From assembly GCA_964057225.1 (NCBI GenBank), contig OZ059895.1:14508001-14572000 (forward strand): a stretch of DNA of 64,000 nt. Reading direction: 5' to 3'. This DNA is from Auanema rhodensis (taxonomy: Eukaryota; Animalia; Nematoda). Below, piece by piece: positions 1-12,900 of the stretch. Position 1 is the first letter of the stretch. Each line of letters opens with the position of its first letter. Under the pieces are notes generated by a model. It saw only the letters and a list, made by a program, of their open reading frames with translations, did no database searches and was not told the origin of the DNA. Position numbers and translations under genes: made by a program.

Positions 1-388
1 AGAGGAAAAGTAAATTGGTATAAGAGAGAGAGAGAGATATGAAGGTATAAGCAGGTGAAATCAAAACTATTTTTTGATTTAAGGAAGACAATTAAATATA
101 CGTATATTCACATAGTTAAATAAACTTTTATGTAACTTTTCTAGTTATCTTGAATTTTTTTTTAAATGTTTGCAAAAAAGAAAATTTCATGAAACGAAGT
201 TGCAGTTAGGTGTTCATATGGTGTTTTTCTGGAAAATGAGGAAGGTATTGGTAGATTAGATGAGACGACAAAGCTCTTCTTCGTCTTCCGAGTTTTCAGA
301 GTTGTTTCTTCTGACAGGAAGTAGAAGTGGTTTGTTGAATCTTTGAGTTCGTTATGGAAAGAAGAGATATGGAGCATGAGAAAGATAT

Positions 389-390
<2 letters not shown>

Positions 391-447
<57 letters not shown>
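391..447. repeat. (AG)n microsatellite
   Basis: Uninterrupted AG dinucleotide run. Confidence 0.95.
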
Positions 448-453
<6 letters not shown>

Positions 454-2529
454 CATAACGGATCAGATTATATTCAAATATGAAAAGTTATGCCAGGAAA
501 GAGGAAGACACGCAAGAGGAAGACAACCTACTTCATCTTTCAAAATTTGCTTATAACGAGTTGATTTAAAGGAAAAAAATGATAAAAGTATGGAAAAGCT
601 TAGGATAACAAATGAAGTTTGTTCTCTAAATGAAAAACGAAATAAGCTGGATGATGTTGATAAGCTTGTGGTAACAGCGTTATGCTTCAAACCTAAGCAA
701 TTCTTTCTTGTAGTTCCTTAAGTTGAATATTCAAGAATATTCTCCGTTTGTCGTCGAAGGAATTGCTTTTGAACAAATTTCTCTTTAACAAAAGCCAAAA
801 AAGGAAATGGATAGAGCGGCAGGATGAAGAAGTGACCAGCAGGTGAAGGTTCGTACTTTGTTTACGAGCGTGCCGCTGAGCATAAGCTTCGAAAAAACGG
901 CGACGAGGGCAGCAAAGGAACGAAGAATGTCCCTCAGGGCGTGAACGAGAACTTCATCCACGGGAGCAGACGAAGACGGAAAGCAAAGAATTGAGAAAGG
1001 AATGATGTGAAAAGATGAGCTGGACGAAGGAATAGCCTTGCCGAGTAACAAAACCGAAAGACATCCAAACACACATACACACACACGCATACAGACACAG
1101 ATACGAAAGACGAGGACGACACGGAAAACGAGGAAAAAAGACAAATTTGTTGTTTCTTCTGATGCTCATCCAAACAGATTACATGTTGTCATAAAGATGA
1201 AGCTAAGAGAATTCAAAGACAAAATAGCCGCATCAACCATGTTTTAACATTGAAAAAGCAAACGTTCCTCAACATCTTTATTATTTTTTTTTCTGGGAAA
1301 CGAAAAGAGAGATGAAGCAGAATAGTAGATAGAATAGGAGTGACCAGTGAATGTTCAGTGAAAAGAAGGGATAAGCTTCATAGAAGAGAATATGATGTCG
1401 AAATTAAAACTTTAGCCTCATTCAGAATTCATAATCAATTAATCTACTGGAGGGATCTTTTCTCAGCAACTTTTTTTTTATTTTCTCTTCTTATATGTGT
1501 ACAAAGGGAATTAATCAAATATAGTCAATAATAATACAATTTGTTTCTTTATTTATACAACAAAAAAGAATAAAATTCAATCAAAGTCAGTAAAAGAGAG
1601 AGTGAGAGATGATGAGAGAGAGAGAGAAATGAGAAGAGGTGAGAGATGGAACTATAGGTATAATCTTTGAAGCTTTCCATCCAAATAGTTATCTTACAAA
1701 TTAAAAAAAGACATTAAGTAAGTTGAAGAAGCTTCTATTCCCGCATTAGATCAATTCTTCTTCTTATTGGGGGGGTTGGCTATCAACTGCTGTTGAGGTT
1801 CGGCATTGCTCTTTTCAGATTTTCATTCTTCAAATGTATGTAACTCACATATAATTTTCAAAATAATAATCAATACTAATAAATCAAATAATATAAATAT
1901 ATTTAAAACCTTTAATAGAAATACTATTTGATATAAAAGAGCATTCTGAATTGAGAAGTCATTGCGAAAGAGACACTGGTCAGCTATTCCTAACGAATTC
2001 TGAATATATGAATCATTCAAGTTTACTCAAGAATCACAACTTACAGCTTTTCTTTGAACCTCTTTTCCTAATATCTTTCATTGAAAATTGCGTTACAGGA
2101 CCATTATACGAATTACTTCAAAAATATTTTGACGACCAATCAACAGCATCTTCAATACCAATTAGTTAGTTAATATCTAATTTCTTTCTTGAATTCTTTA
2201 CTCATTTTCATATTGCGATTTCGCGATTTAAATCATTGAACAGCAAAAGTTTAAGTTTTGAATGTGAATAAGCTTGACATATATACATCAAACCTAAGTT
2301 TGTGCTCGAAAACTTGAGTTGAAATCTTTTTTTTGGCCAAAAATGAACTGCCACAGGTTATTTTCTTAATTCAATTTTGAACTGAATTGAATGACAAACA
2401 AAGACAAATACAATGAATTTAAGAGAACCATATTTCCTTCTTGAAGGTTAGGAAAATAAAAAGAAGAAGTGAATTTACTTTTATGGAATTTGCTGGAAAA
2501 AAGAAAGAAAAAAGAAGCTTAATCAAAAG

Positions 2530-2727
2530 AAATACGTGGCCACTAAAATTTGAAAAAAATATTCAAATCTAACCAATATTTTAAAATTTTAAAAATTAAT
2601 TATAAAGCTAAAATATATTTAAACATATTCAGACAAAAAGAATTTTAATTTTTCTCTCTTTCAACAATTTTTTTGATGTTTTTTAACATAACATAGTATG
2701 GCCACGTATTTATTGACACACCTAATA
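2530..2727. mobile_element. MITE-like relic with mariner-type terminal inverted repeat
   Basis: AAATACGTGGCCA (2530-2542) and TGGCCACGTATTT (2699-2711) form a perfect 13-bp inverted pair. The right end reads TATTAGGTGTGTCAATAAATACGTGGCCA on the minus strand, resembling the mariner TIR at 14984-15013. The interior is AT-rich and non-coding. Confidence 0.55.
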
Positions 2728-2831
2728 CATCCATTTTTTCAAGTTTTAAAAGAAAAAATAAAGTTTTAAAATAGGTTTATATAGCATATACTATATACTA
2801 TATGTTATATAATATATGGATAGTAGATATA

Positions 2832-3616
2832 AATAATAAAAAATAATTTTATAAATGATAAACGATTACCAAGAAAGATGAAAACTTGAGTTCAATGCTA
2901 TTTCCATGTTCGAAAAAGCCTTAATGTGCTTAGTCGTCATTCACGAGATATTCGTAGCAACGTTTACTTAAGACTTCGTCCAGAACTTCTCTAGTTCTTA
3001 CAAGTCCTTGTTGCTTAGCACGCAGACTCATTGCAATGATATTCAGGTCTGACCTGAGGTGTCTGTGCTCTCACAGACGAAGCGACTCCCTCTTTGGGAG
3101 AACAAGGGCAATAGATCAGTAGATTTCTTCTACGGAATAGTTCGTGAATTTACAGACGTGATAAATCCCTCTCTAGGATTTGTTTGAGATGAGTACTCTA
3201 CAGTACAGTCGTTGAGAGATCAAAGCGAATGTTGTACAAAAATATGTAGAATGCTGACCTCCACAGAGCTTGCCGCTCTTTAGTTTTTTTTCCTTTTCCG
3301 CCACTTTTCTTCAGCATTTCTTATTGTTCATTATTTAGGATAAGAGGTTCAGTTTCTCAGTCATGACAGAGATAGATAGAGAGAGAAAGAGAGGGAGAGA
3401 AAGAAAGAAAGAGAGAAGTGTGATAAAGTTGAAGGACAGAAGAAGCCGTGTCGGAATGTATCGTATCGTTGCCCAAGTCTGGATGACATAGATAACTATA
3501 TCTATGAATAATGAATTAGTTTTCCTTCTTTATATATTTTGTATTTTTCCATAAACAAACAATATATTACTCATATCCATGTATCTTCATATAGCTTCTT
3601 CTCTCCTTCAACTTTA

Positions 3617-3685
<69 letters not shown>

Positions 3686-4040
3686 GTATGTATATGTTTA
3701 CCCTTTAAACTCAAGTTTTCAACTTTCTTGGTAATCGTTTATCATTTATAAAATTATTCTTTATTATTCATACAATATCTCCCATACACATGTAGCCTCA
3801 CTAAACGAGAGGAGCACGAACTGTTATCGGGCGAATTACGTTCAGATTGGCCCAAACGTGTGAATGTCCTTCGGCCATATAAAAATTAGGAAAAATACTT
3901 AAGGATTCTAGATAGAGAGACACTTATAAGCATTTTATCAGGCTCTGAAGAGTCCTTTCAAGCATCTGAACGGCAGGATACGTACTGTGTATCGGAGCTG
4001 GTGAAGAATGCAAGTCAGAGTTCATGGAAATCGTAGATGA

Positions 4041-4092
<52 letters not shown>

Positions 4093-4093
4093 C

Positions 4094-4172
<79 letters not shown>

Positions 4173-4247
4173 TAAAGTTGAAGGAGAGAAGAAGCTATAT
4201 GAAGATACATGGATATGAGTAATATATTGTTTGTTTATGGAAAAATA
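2832..4247. repeat. Cluster of interleaved inverted repeats with (GA)n/(TC)n tracts
   Basis: 3542-3620 is the exact 79-bp reverse complement of 4169-4247, each abutting a (TC)n/(GA)n tract (3621-3680; 4040-4168). 2832-2892 is a near-perfect reverse complement of 3708-3768. A partial third copy lies at ~3420-3446. Confidence 0.9.
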
Positions 4248-4363
4248 TAACAAAGCTTATGAAATCTTTCAAATACAAAGACTACTATTCATCGTACATG
4301 CATTGTCACATAATATATTATTATAATTTTTATTATTTATAATTAAAAATATAAAAATATTTA

Positions 4364-7300
4364 TTAATATCTAAATAAAACTAAATGATATGATCCTAAT
4401 TTATAACATATGAAACAATCATTATTATGATAAACAAAGCATCCATGACCATTATGACGATACAATACAACCTAAAAACTTATTTAAAACTTTAAAGTTA
4501 GAAAATTGGAATAAGAACTTGCGTACCTGCCAATGTTCACCATATAAAGAATCCATTGAATTGCTTATATAGCGAGCAGCTTCATCTCCAAGTAAATTCT
4601 TCTTTTCAAATGCTTCCTGTACGAGATTCGTCGTTCTTTTCAATATTTCTGGATGAACATAACTGCGTATAATTGAAAGCTAAACATTCAAAAATGAATT
4701 ATAATTCAGTTTTATATGTTCAAACATACATCTTTACAAGATGGAACATCATTAATCACTGAGTTGAGCGTGTTCTGAACATTTAAACAAATATTTAAAA
4801 CTAAAACTTAAAACTTACATTCAACTTTGAAACTAAATCATTTCGATGTTTCAATGTTTCAGTCATCTCATCGACTTTCATTTTCATTTCATTAGTATTC
4901 TGTGAGGAAAGGGTATTATCAGCTTCTAAATCACTAATCTTATGCTTTAGTATTTCTTCATTTCTGAAAAAAAAAACGTTTTGAACACTCAAATTTCAAT
5001 TCAAATATTCTACTTGACGTTAGATTCATTTAATTCTTCAATTGTCTCTGATTGTTTCTTTAATTTGTTCTGCAAATTTAATAATTTTTTCAAAAACAAT
5101 TAATAATTGAAAATATTTGTTTAAAAACCTCCAGAAGCTTCTTCTCTTCATTGGTATTTTGCAGTTTTTGCTCATAATCCAATAGTTTTTCCTTCATTCC
5201 ATCCTCATTTAATGAACTTATTTCAGATTTTTTCAATAATTCTCCTAATTGAAGCAAAAGCTCTGTTTGTGTGGCAATCAGCCTGAAATATAGATTTAAA
5301 CACTCTCACGTGAGCATTCACGTGAACATGCACGTGAATTTCATTTTAATTTGCGGATGCACAAGAGCTGGTTGTTTGGTTTTTTTTTGGGATAATTATA
5401 ATAAAAATCTATTTTCAACATACTTCTTTCGTTCTTCTTCTTTTTGAGATATGATGAAATCTTTTTCAGCTAATGTTTTCTAAATAATAATAATGATTAA
5501 AGATATTTATAGTAAAAGCATACTTTTGTTATTTCCAACAACTTATCAGCTTCAGAAGCTTTCATACTCAACTCTTCAATTTGTTGATTATGCTGCTTAT
5601 TAGTTGATTCTGTATCTCTTACAAACACACCAACTTTAGTTAATAATTCTGTTTGAATATCAAGTAATCTATATAAGAAAATAGTTAATTTTTGAAATAG
5701 TTAGCATAGTAATTTACTTTTGTTTTTCATCTTGTTGTTCACGTATTATATCATCTCGTTTAGCTAATTCAACCTATAATTTAAAGTTTTCAGTAATGAA
5801 AAGCATAATTGATGATTTAGATTTACTTGTAACTCAGTGCTTGATACAGCTGATTGCTGTAAATTGTTTGTTATGTCATGAAGAGATTGGATTTGATCAT
5901 CTTTATCTTGCAAAAGCTTCTGCTGTGCCTCAATAATGCTCTTAAATTATATATATATAGTTAATGATAATCATATAGAATATGTCATAACTTACAGATA
6001 ATTCTTGACTTCTCACTTCCGTTAAGCTAAGCTTTTGAGTTAATGATTCAATTTCCTCATTGTGGCAATTATTTGAAAGTTCCGAGTGTCGGACAACTTC
6101 TCCAACCTTAGTTGCAAGCTCATTCTGCATCGTTAATAACCTGAATATAATTTCTAATCTTCTAAATTTGATATTAATAACTGTACGTTAGCTTATCTTC
6201 ATCCTGTTGATGTATCATGGATTCCTTAATTGTCAATTCACTCTGAGAAAAAAGAAAATTTTTTAAAACTCTTAATCAATCTCAATAACAAACTTTAAGC
6301 TCCTCGTTCTTCTTCTCAGACATTTCCAACTTAATTTCCATTTCCTTGATTTTCTCGCTTTGAGCATTTGAATTGATCTCTGTATTCCGAAGTAACTCTG
6401 TGATTCTAGCCAACAATACATCCTGTTCAGTGATTAATCTTCAGAAAAAGTATAATAAGCTATATCATAAGCATAGTTAACCAACTTTTCAATCTCTTTT
6501 TCTTTTTGAACAGCTTTTTCATCTCTTTCCACAATTTTGTTGAGCAATTTTTGATTTTCTTCCTAAGCAAACATCATAAATATCATTTTTTTAAGTTAAA
6601 AGATCATTTTACCTTCAATTGATTCAAAACAAGTTCCAATGAGCCATTTTGAGATTGTTGATGTTCCCATTTCAAACGTTCATAATCATCTCCCTTCTTC
6701 CGCAATTGTTCTGATAAACGTTCACATTTCATTTTCAATTCATAAACCTATGAAAATAAAAGTTTTGATAAAACTTGAAACTTTAAAACTTGATTATTCA
6801 TATATTGCTTTTCTTCTTCTAAATGAGCTAAAATTGTTTTAGCACCTCCTGATGGTGATCGTTTACGTAAACTTGCATCATCTTCATTCTACATATGCGA
6901 ATGAAATAGTTTTAAATAACAAGCTCAAGCTGGAAAGTTCAAACCTTAATTGGTAAACGTCTTGGTGGTGCTATAACAGGCTGAAACGATTGAGCTCTTG
7001 GAGGATGAGGATTAAGCATTGGTGTCGTAGTACTAGTTGAATTCCAGGGATTGTGAATAGAGACAGGTGAAAACAAGGAATGATTTGTAGCTGATGATGA
7101 TGCTCCTCCGTGCCAACTTTTCGACCAAATATTGGATGGACAAGCATTACTATCAACACATTGAGCAATTTGTTCTTCTAATCGTTGAAATTCTTCTAAT
7201 GAATTAGCAGGAGAATTTGATATACAATCAGAATAATTATAGTTATCTTCAGGCTTAACTATATAAGTTTCATAAATAAGTTTTGAATTATCAAACATTT

Positions 7301-7554
7301 GAGATTGAACCTTATTTGGCTCCATAGCTATAGGATTACTAGATAATCGATTAGACGGAACTGAAATTCAAACACAAAAAAATGAGGAAGAAATGAGAAT
7401 TTACGAATCAAAACTAACCGATGGCATTAGATGCTTGACTAGCCGGCTGTTCAAGTTCTTTAGTCTTTTCATGTGTTTCAACTACATCATCCAATATTTT
7501 ATTCACAGTTAATGAAACAGCAAGTAAATCTTGAATTTCCTCCCGTAGATCCAT
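4364..7554 (-). CDS. Multi-exon long coiled-coil protein with C-terminal dynein light chain (LC8)-like domain
   Basis: Starts MDLREEIQDLLAVSLTVNKIL, then a Ser/Pro-rich exon (6939-7325 ORF) and many E/K/Q/L heptad exons. The last two exons (4527-4679, 4364-4471) splice to LSIIRSYVHPEILKRTTNLVQEAFEKKNLLGDEAARYISNSMDSLYGEHWQVVLYRHNGHGCFVYHNNDCFICYKLGSYHLVLFRY*, which follows the LC8 pattern. Not every internal junction was checked. Confidence 0.75.
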
Positions 7555-8138
7555 CAATGGAGCTTCTTCAAAAGAAGTTCTATTTAAGATGAAATGATGA
7601 TGTCAATGACAACAACACCAACAACAACAAAAGTAAACGAAATGACGACAGTCAGCTTTTTAGCAGAAATTTCAACATTTTTTTTGATAAAAAAACAACA
7701 AAAATGAATAAAAAAATGAAAAAGTAAATAGTTCATGTGTATATTTGACATTTATTTAGACGAAAAATCATAGGTAGTGTAGTAATGGATACAACGAGAA
7801 AGCATCACAAGGAATTTCAGGAGAAATCTTAGCAAAACAGCTGCTTCTAGCACTCTCATACATCACAATGCTTTTCTTCCGTTTCTTATTATTATTTTGA
7901 TTTATTTAGATCTGTTCAACCTTTTTTATTTCTTTTCTTTTAAATAAAAAAAGAAATCTATTTAAAAACTTAATTTATATATTTAGTTTAGAAAAATCTT
8001 AAATTGAGAATCGAGAGAGAGAGAGAGAGGGAGGGGGGGGAGAAGGGGGGAGTAAGGCAGATGAGATATTGCACATTCAAATAATTTCATATAATACATA
8101 CATATATCTATTGATTTCTATTGATTTTAATCAATGAT

Positions 8139-9439
8139 TTAGCCAAAAGTATTGAATATATTCTCCGTTGGATAGGTTGGATCAACAGCAAAACACCAAG
8201 GACATGCTCTTTGTGCTGGAGTCTTATATTGATCGCCTGAATGCATTTTTGTAATAAATCTTAAGAGAGAAAAGTCAAGAAATACCGGGACGAACGAATT
8301 GTTTTCGATACCAATCACCATGTGCACTATAGTATCCAGGATATACATAAGGTATAACTGAGATTAAAACATAAAATTTTCTTTTTGATAAATTCAAAAA
8401 CGAACTGTTTGAATCAGGCTTAATGTGTTCTCCTTTCGTTGGGCCCATCACATAGGGTCCGGTGATTTGTCTTCTAGAATTTGGCCCCACATTTACTCCA
8501 AATACTGTAGCTTTAACTCTGAATAGCAATAATATGGATATATAGCTTTTTGAGCTTAAAGCATGTCGTACTTGACCGTATCATCAGCAGCAGAGCCTCG
8601 AAAACCGACATCAACACCAGCACCTTGTCTATCCCATTCTACTACTCCTCCACTATAATAATATATTTCATATTATTCGATTATAACTTAAGCATATCAT
8701 ATAAACTATTATAAACCATAAATTTGCATAATCAGTGTAGATAGTAGTACGTGGATTACGTGTAAATTCCAATTTCACACATCATTTACCATGTGACAAC
8801 GCTATATGACCGGTTGAATTTCATATTTTTAGAACAACAAAACGTCCATAATAGCCAGAAACTCGAGTTACTTACTTGCTATGCCTCCACATTTTAAAAA
8901 TTTTTCCTCGTTCCCCAAACTCAACAGCTCCGGTGCCTTCATCAGCATCAACAACAGCTCCAATGCTATGTCCTATGTAAAAAGATCATCATTTAGATAA
9001 TAAACTTTAAATTATTTTGTTTATAAATAAATTATAAATACAGTATATAACTTATCTCTGTTTGATCTTCTATCAATGGCAAATTATATTGTTTTAGTAG
9101 ACGTATATCAACTCCATTCTTATATCCATATGCAGCCCCTAGTCGTTCACTTTGGCCTATACGTTCGCGTTTAAGTACTTCAACTCGAGGTCCAAGACAG
9201 ATATGTTCTCGTATTCCAGGTGTTAAACATGTTATCAATGATCTATAATATTATTCATTGAAATAAGAAATAATAATATAATTAAAAATATATTTTATTA
9301 GATTTAACCTCAATGTGATTGGAGCTTCGATGCCTTCCTCTGTGGCTAGAACACCTTGACGTTTAATTCGTACATGAGAATCAAATACATTAGCTGTTGT
9401 ATTTGAGATTATAATCAGAAAAACAACTAAGATAATCAT
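8139..9439 (-). CDS. Secreted protein of unknown function (signal peptide, RIKR propeptide site)
   Basis: Seven exons splice in frame with GT-AG introns. N-terminus MIILVVFLIIISNTTANVFDSHVRIKRQG; C-terminus QRACPWCFAVDPTYPTENIFNTFG*. Confidence 0.75.
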
Positions 9440-9687
9440 AGTATGATGATGTTTCAATGAAGAATGAAAAGGAGGTGATGATGTGATTGATGAAACAGTA
9501 TGATCAAGATGAAAATGATTTTTTCGGTTAAGAAGCCAGCTTTTCCTTATCCATTTATCACATTTCTCCATTGAAACTGATCACGTAATCAACAGGTTTT
9601 ACAACAATCTATTGTCTTTCTTCTTCATTTCTTGAAATGATTTCAACAAAAACAAAAAAAAATATTTTAATCAGAAGAGAGTATTTT

Positions 9688-9693
<6 letters not shown>

Positions 9694-9720
<27 letters not shown>
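9694..9720. repeat. (GA)n microsatellite
   Basis: GA dinucleotide run. Confidence 0.9.
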
Positions 9721-9726
<6 letters not shown>

Positions 9727-9917
9727 ATCCAAATGGAATAACTTTCGATTCCATGCATCTAACTTCTCAAAATCTCAGATAATATACAACAGTAGGAATG
9801 ACATATAAATGGAATTGAGACCAAAAGATATTTCTTTAAAATAAAAAAAAAAACAAAAGAAAAACAGATAATATCAGTGAATGAGCTTATAAAACAACAA
9901 GTTTTTGAGCAAAATCT

Positions 9918-12900
9918 TCAAAAATTCGGCTTTTTCTTAGTTCGCCACGTCCAATTTGCCTTCATATTGCCAGGATAAGCGCCATTCTAGAATCAGATAC
10001 AGATGGTTGTTTAGAAGGCGCAGTATTTTTATAAACTCTATAAACTCACGGATAATGGTTTGAAGATATCTCCTGTATACTTCCCCGTTTCTGCTGATGA
10101 GGGTGGAGTTAATAAGGCAGCTGCAAACAATAATATCAACGAAGATAAGGATGATGCAATCGCTTACAGTTAACTGATGCAAGCTCAGCTTCATTGAGAG
10201 CATGTCGCGTCTCGCTGGCCTTCTTTTGCCATGCTCCACGAAGAGCAGGAGCCGTTCGACTTGGAGAAGATGAGAATGATGTCTTATGACGTCGAACAAT
10301 CTTCAGCTCAACTTTTCGTTCAGCAAGTATCTGATTCTTCTCCATGTGACTAACTACAGCAACCATTTCAGCACTTCGTGGCTCGCTCTGGATAGACGAG
10401 ACGAGATTTGTTTGGGCGACAGCATCAGAGCCAAATTACTCACCACTCCATCAGCAAAATGAACATTAGCTAAGACTTTAACAGTGTTAACATGCGACTC
10501 CTTGCTAACCCAATCCATCGAGATCATGGATGAATTACTTGAATGACACACAGGCTCATTGATATGACGCTAAAGACAAACAACAAGTATATTACAAGCA
10601 TCTGAACAAAGTCATGCAACATACGTTAGTATCTTGGTCGAATACCGAGAAACAGGCACTTCGAATCATTTTATATGTTGATTGGTTAGTTGTTTCCTTC
10701 AAATAAGATAAGGATTTTCAAAGAATTTTAATAAAAATGAACTCACATCAACATCCTCCCAATCACTATCGACATAAAACTTGAATCTTATCACATTTCC
10801 TGATCTCCAAGATGAAAACCCTAATAGAAGTACGAGACCATATGTACTTTTTTTTTCCAAATTAACTGATTCTCGCAATTTCTGCAAAAAAACAAAATAA
10901 TTTTAGATAATCAAAAGTGCTAATAGAACAGACATGTATGTAAGAAAAACAAAAAACTTAAAGCCCGATGCGGGGCTCGAACCCGCGACAGCCAGATTAA
11001 GAGTCTGGTGCTCTACCGACTGAGCTAACCGGGCTGATGTCTACGACGCTATGGTAGATGATTATGTTTCAACATTAGGAACTTTACAATCAATTGAACA
11101 TACGGAATTGAGATCGATCATTGCCGCTTCATGAAGAGTTGGAAAATTCAAAGCACGATTGTGATTTTCGTTCAGAATTTTGATATGCTTCTGTACTTCA
11201 ATACGTGAGCCAATCTTAGATAATCCCAAATTCTCGAGTTGGCTCAATTTTAGTTCTAATAGACGTTCTCCTAAATTAAATTAATCATTTTAGATAGATT
11301 ATTCAAAAATAAAAACCATTAATGTTATGTTTAATGATATTCTTGCGAACAACATTCAGATCGTCTTCATCCACTGAAATACAACTTCATTTTCTCTACT
11401 TTTTACAAAGAAAGCTCACAAGTTTTACTCAGAATATCAGTCATCCAATTGGCTGTATGATACACTGTCCATAATTGAACGTTCTCAGGAAGTCTTTCAG
11501 AGAACACTAAAAGAATCTGTGTTCTCATAGACATCTGAATCCAAAGTCACAAACCTCTAATGACTTCTTGTTGTGATTGCTTCCGTAAAGCTTTCTCTTG
11601 AGCAAATAATAGTGTTTTATTCTTTTCCAAAGCTTTTTTCAATTTTTCTATTTCTGCCTTCTGATTTTCAACTACTAACGTCCAATTTTCTTGATCTAGG
11701 AAATTCTGGCATTCCTTTTGAATGGACGTTGATTTCGACATTGCTTCCAGCTTATCTTTGATAGTTTTCATGGAAAACCGTTCTTTTGGATTCATTTTCC
11801 AGCATCCATACATGACACTACAAAACCATGCATATCAGTGTTATATTAAATAGTTTAGCTCACTCAGCTAGTTGTGTTGGACAGCCATTCGGTATAGCTA
11901 ATGTTATTCCTTGTTCAGAGATTTGAGTATAAACTTGAAATTCAGTGAAATCTTTAAATGGAACTTCATGTGATAGCATTTCCCATAAAACAACTCCGTA
12001 ACTCCATACATCAGTAGCTGTTGTAATTCCTTCATTTTGCTTTATCATTTCCGGACTGTAAACTTAATTTCAATATTGTACGCAAAACGACCGTATCATT
12101 TTGAACGAAAATGACGCAATAAGCGATTGTGTTTCTTCAATTATCTTAATCTCTATCTCTTTAATCCTTTCTCTCTCATTCTCTCTTCCATGTTCTATCT
12201 TCTTCTGTATAACTGATTGATCATTTCATGTTCCTCTTTCTCTCTCTGTCATTTTTTTATATATATCTATCCATCTTTTTAAAGATTCAAAAGAAACAAA
12301 GTAACTATTGAAAAAAAAATTTTGGTCAAAAAAAAAAGAAAAAAACGTAAATCAGCATGTTTACCTCATCCAAGCAGCTGTTCCTCCCCATGTTGGAGCT
12401 GTGAATGAATGAGTGAGATCCTTTGACGTGCCAAAATCGCAGATTTTGCATTGAATTTTAGTATCCAAAACGACATTTTTCGATTTTAAGTCTCGATGAA
12501 TAATAGTTGTAACAGCATCATAATGCAAATAAACCAGAGCTGAACAGATCTATAAAACAGTTTTTGTAATTTACATTATGCAATACAATCAGAATACCTG
12601 TGAAGCCCATGATAATATTCGGACGAAATCAGCTTCTGGGCAGTCATCTCGGTGTAAATAATCATACAAAGATCCATTTTCAGCGTATTCGGTTAGAATA
12701 TACAGATCAGAATTAACTTGACTAACACCATAGAATTCAATAATGAATCGATGTCGTATTTTTGATAGAATTTCAGCTTCGTTGTCTAAAGCGAACACTT
12801 TCTTCAAAGCGACAACTTTGGAAACATTAGATGAAATCTTCCATAAGCCCACGTGAACTGAATTCAAAACATCAATATGAAAGAAATTTCAAGCTATTTC

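Noticed and set aside
2905-3280. Possible LINE reverse transcriptase remnant (FEKA-like codons)
   Set aside because: No sustained frame and no other RT motifs.
3539-4253. ORFs with SLSLSL / RERERE tracts (also at 29625-30333 and 38912-39194)
   Set aside because: Translations of (CT)n/(GA)n microsatellites, not genes.
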